DNA of 63,990 nucleotides, filler included, from Dimargaris cristalligena (lineage: Eukaryota), in NCBI GenBank assembly GCA_003614675.1. It is 4 parts of 4 records of this genome, joined end to end, with 100 filler letters (N's around TTAATTAATTAA, not from the genome) between each part and the next. Parts side by side here need not be neighbours in the genome. Positions count along the whole stretch, not along the records: positions 50,632 to 63,990 come from ML002993.1; 3 more parts are not named here. The stretch is one strand, 5' to 3'. The position numbers and the translations under genes were made by a program. Shown piece after piece: positions 61,601 through 63,990 of this stretch. Each line of letters starts with the position of its first letter. The first letter of the stretch is position 1. The notes under the pieces are model-generated. The model worked only from the letters and a program-made list of their open reading frames with translations. It was not told the origin of the DNA and ran no database searches.

Positions 61601-63990
61601 AACCCTAGGGATCGTCGATATAAGTCCTCTTGTTCCCGCTGGTTAGTCTGCACCGTGGAGTCGCTGGGGATTCCTCGGTCGGCTACGGGGGTAGTGGTCT
61701 GAACCGGGGCCGAGTAGTCCGTGGCGTAACCAGGGTCGGCGTAAGGGACTTGGGCGTAGTCCGCTCCATGTTCATAGCCAGACGAGGCGGGGTAAGAGTA
61801 ATGGCCCTCTCCGTAGGTATCGGGATACTGGCCGGTTGGATCTACGGACACACCCTCCCCATAGCCGCTTGTATACTGGGCATGCGGATCAGCCACGGCA
61901 CTCTCTCCGTATCCGTTTGAATACTGGGTGGCTGGATCAGTAAAAGCGCTCTCCCCGTAGGTTTGAGAACACTGGGCATTGGGGTCAACGGCCCGAGTTT
62001 GATCACCGGTAGGTGGCTGCGATGTGGAATAGTACGGGTCGTGCGGGTATTGTTCGGCAGGCTGGGCCGCCGGATCCGCGGGTTGATCATAATAGGCATA
62101 TTCATTGGTGGAAGTGCCGTACCCCTCCGTGGTTTCGACGGGATATTCAGTAGAATAATCATAGACCTGGTTATTCCAGTCGGACTCTGCGCCATCGTAA
62201 GTCGCACTGTGGGCGGTGTCCTGATTGTGAGTGTCAACTGGAGCTTCATTGGCGTAGTAAGGGTCGGCAAAGGTGGGTTCCGCTGGAACCCCGGAGTCGG
62301 TGGTATATTCGGCCGGGTAGTGGCTGCCAGCAACATGGTGTTCCACAGGGATTTCCGACCCAGCATAATCATAGTCGTTGGGATAGTGGTCATCGCCCAA
62401 ATTGTGTTCTACGGGAACCTCCGAACTGGTATAATCAGCAGGATAGTGGCCCTCGGTGGGACCATTCTCGAAGGGGACTTCGGAATCCGTGTAACCATAA
62501 TCAGTAGGATTGTGGGCATCGGCTGTATGATGTTCTACCGGAACTTCCGAGGTGGTGTAAGGGTCAGGATAGTGACCATTTAAAGCAGCCTGTTCAACGG
62601 GAACTTCCGAACCAGCGTAGTCAGCGGAGTAGTGATAACCATCAACCGCGGCATACTCCACCGGAATTTCAGACTCGGTGTAGTGAGCAGGGTAATGGGC
62701 ATCAGTGGCGGTATGTTCTACGGGTACATCCGGCCCAGTGTGCTCGGCAAAGGGATACTGGTTTTCGGTCAAGGCGTATCCCTCAGTATGGGGGGAGGGG
62801 GCGGGCGGTGTTTCTTTGGTTGGAGCATCCACAGGGGCCGGGTGCTCGTCAGTCTTCGCAAGAGAATGGGTAGCAGCGGCATCATCCTGGGGAGGAGTAT
62901 TGGTAAGGACGGCTGGAATGTCCCATCCGTTTCCACCCTCCACATTCGGAGTCGAGGTGGTGGGTAATGGACCCGCCTCCTGACCGGGATCAGTTAAATC
63001 TTCAAAGAAACTATGGGCTTGTTCCGATTCCGCCTGGAGGCTGTGGCTCGAGAACGAAGTGGATGGAGGCCGAATTGGTGAAGGGGCGGCCGCTGGTGGT
63101 GGAGGTGGGGTGGGTGCGACCAACGGGTTAGCAGTCGACGAAGTCGCTTCGAAGAGCCCACTCGATACCAAATGGTTGGTGGGTGGAGTAAATGTACCGG
63201 CTCTGGGAGCATGCACCAAGCCAAACGTACCATGGGACATGGACCTGGCTATGGGTATGTCAGTTGACGACGATGTCGACGGCAATGATCGTTCAAAATC
63301 GGGCTCACTCTGGGTTTTGATGGGACTGCCAGGGCCTGACTCGCTGGTAATATCATGTGAGTCCGGATAAGATTCACTTTCAAGGGGGACATCGGACAAA
63401 GCCGCCAGATCTTGTGTGGAGCCAATCTGAGCCGCCGTTGACAGCATGGAGTTGCTTGACGGAAGCGGAGCGATAATTTCGCTTGGTTGTAGGTCCACAT
63501 CCCAACCAAAATCGGACTGGGAGGTCATTGAGATATTTTCAGCTAACGGCTGGGAAGTCGCAATCAAATCGTCAAAGTCGGCCAATGAATCTAAAGGTTG
63601 GCTGGTCACGGGGGGGACGCTTGCTGACAAGGGCGCAGAAATGCCGGCATTGGGATCGATGGTGGTGAAAACATCGTCTATGGGAGAGGTTAGGGTTGAG
63701 GTTGCCGTCATTGGAATTGACTGAGGGGCCGCTGAGATAGTTTTAGGTGGAGCGGGGGCCGAATCAATGGTTTCGACAGCCGCTACTGGGAGGGCAGTGG
63801 CTTGCGAGATGGGGAAAGGGGCAGCTGGAGGAGCGGTTGAGATAACAGCCGGCGATTGGGCTGGTGATGACAATGGAATAGGGCCAGCTAGATCGACCTT
63901 GGCGGTGGTCGTGACAGGCGCAGGGGCGGTGGTGATGTGCTCCGAAATACTGCGGGTGGTCTCGACAGTCCGCGGGGGAGGAGGAGCAGT
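58663..63990 (-). CDS. SEC16: COPII coat assembly protein SEC16 (5' end beyond the window)
   Basis: PIAAFGFGGQL, YPGPL, LLLAGNRLEAVKWAVAKQLWSHALIISS, LTALGDAL..EAHLCYLLS, TEVYEF, PHLQPYKLLHA, C-terminal KANLGEESSFIYDPVQKRWVNK and RNRYVDIL. The frame stays open to the window end. Confidence 0.93.
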   Translation of the reverse strand, partial: TAPPPPRTVETTRSISEHITTAPAPVTTTAKVDLAGPIPLSSPAQSPAVISTAPPAAPFPISQATALPVAAVETIDSAPAPPKTISAAPQSIPMTATSTLTSPIDDVFTTIDPNAGISAPLSASVPPVTSQPLDSLADFDDLIATSQPLAENISMTSQSDFGWDVDLQPSEIIAPLPSSNSMLSTAAQIGSTQDLAALSDVPLESESYPDSHDITSESGPGSPIKTQSEPDFERSLPSTSSSTDIPIARSMSHGTFGLVHAPRAGTFTPPTNHLVSSGLFEATSSTANPLVAPTPPPPPAAAPSPIRPPSTSFSSHSLQAESEQAHSFFEDLTDPGQEAGPLPTTSTPNVEGGNGWDIPAVLTNTPPQDDAAATHSLAKTDEHPAPVDAPTKETPPAPSPHTEGYALTENQYPFAEHTGPDVPVEHTATDAHYPAHYTESEIPVEYAAVDGYHYSADYAGSEVPVEQAALNGHYPDPYTTSEVPVEHHTADAHNPTDYGYTDSEVPFENGPTEGHYPADYTSSEVPVEHNLGDDHYPNDYDYAGSEIPVEHHVAGSHYPAEYTTDSGVPAEPTFADPYYANEAPVDTHNQDTAHSATYDGAESDWNNQVYDYSTEYPVETTEGYGTSTNEYAYYDQPADPAAQPAEQYPHDPYYSTSQPPTGDQTRAVDPNAQCSQTYGESAFTDPATQYSNGYGESAVADPHAQYTSGYGEGVSVDPTGQYPDTYGEGHYSYPASSGYEHGADYAQVPYADPGYATDYSAPVQTTTPVADRGIPSDSTVQTNQREQEDLYRRSLGFPIAAFGFGGQLWCMFPKTMQRYSPNGQQPTAYEKTYPGLLQQHTLSSNVFNSDPIQHSPNPLPTTAEGVNPGTTPYPGPLLAHDRSGNKQKKDAVLNFIGERIRACEAQASPDSTSWALLWQTLLCIGQNDGQLLDSPTALQSLCQTLRTAPSFREGQGKSQVPAEGSDLAELEELLLAGNRLEAVKWAVAKQLWSHALIISSCVGKEVWLGVVQNFTQHLSSGSSANPMADPSDTSPFYALRLIYQLFAGTSGSALSQLWAPQTATFPDSTPAAENFVPATSFSPPPPGSSQKAEGTQAQQAKVLAIWLRLVVVILANQTKGDSSALTALGDALRSAQRWPEAHLCYLLSPRTSLFSGVGAPNSRFTLLTAAQPLIWNPEAFLITEVYEFVSALRPGKTPAIVPHLQPYKLLHAWWLVEQGRVKEATRYCDALANIVDDMVKGSPFITPGFVHQLTTLKQRLDGFGATSEASGSSGVSSWLSRRLAKPSFTSLMSAFDSGLDKLITGSDASPADPTASDSRAAEIRPENFQRASTMSPPGVHGGQNMSDAYMPVDHLRATQFSPGLQFGSQHQQGHMAAAHSDGQRPLSAQGGGYLANFAPPQVKTRNHSEGQADPYALYQPSPAPIPSVPFQPAAVEPPVAYTSHTNNTWEANPSTHDSYFYTNDTQSSAPMFYSVDSNATPTSGNAEDDGGFLNTAPPVPSFGGASYSHAAPTVPDSAGGDQYNQDDFDDLGFGNSSLSKTKPRVPETAGGHAQTNGAAASPATPAHSDPTGENSPSKKSAPTSTSGRSTPGGGMFGFGMIKSLFGGAANKAPADGVNAVKANLGEESSFIYDPVQKRWVNKNSSESEQTAAAAPPPPPPMSTRSTPPSRLSQSSMGGSYGVATTGASGGGPPPPRLPPMSGTMSQPPPFINHSGPTTPTPSAMPRGPPSLAGQPSMGISRSSTGPTPPMSSAGGGPRGRRGARNRYVDILNPNA
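62275..62765 (-). repeat. ~8 imperfect ~20-aa tandem repeats (SEVPVEH....HYP.DY) inside SEC16
   Basis: DVPVEH, SEIPVEY, SEVPVEQ, SEVPVEH, SEVPFEN, SEVPVEH, SEIPVEH, SGVPAEP; the first seven are followed by an H(Y/N)(P/S)xxY motif. Confidence 0.85.

Overview
Eukaryotic genomic DNA from a fungus, with GT-AG introns of about 150-370 nt (mostly GTAAGT donors). Protein style suggests an early-diverging lineage, possibly Zoopagomycota/Dimargaris-like; that assignment is inference only. The window is four contig pieces joined by three artificial 100-nt N44-TTAATTAATTAA-N44 linkers. Conserved genes: RRB1/GRWD1, AP-2 mu, DUG1/CNDP2, a 2OG-Fe(II) oxygenase, YTH1/CPSF4, an RlpA/expansin-like GPI protein, CHO1, a Gap1-type RasGAP, Hikeshi/OPI10, glutaredoxin and a 5'-truncated SEC16, plus one dispersed 5S rRNA gene. 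Accessory DNA between them holds an F-box-like/LRR-like gene with a pseudogenised tandem paralog, a ~145-bp MITE-like family (five full and two partial copies), three sharply CpG-depleted blocks with decayed genes, and several small secreted-protein genes, three of them sharing a CTATAAATAC box. The best candidate for an undescribed system is an inverted pair of genes for a signal-pro-KR-processed cationic Gly/Ala/Lys-rich 32-mer resembling antimicrobial or cytolytic peptides.
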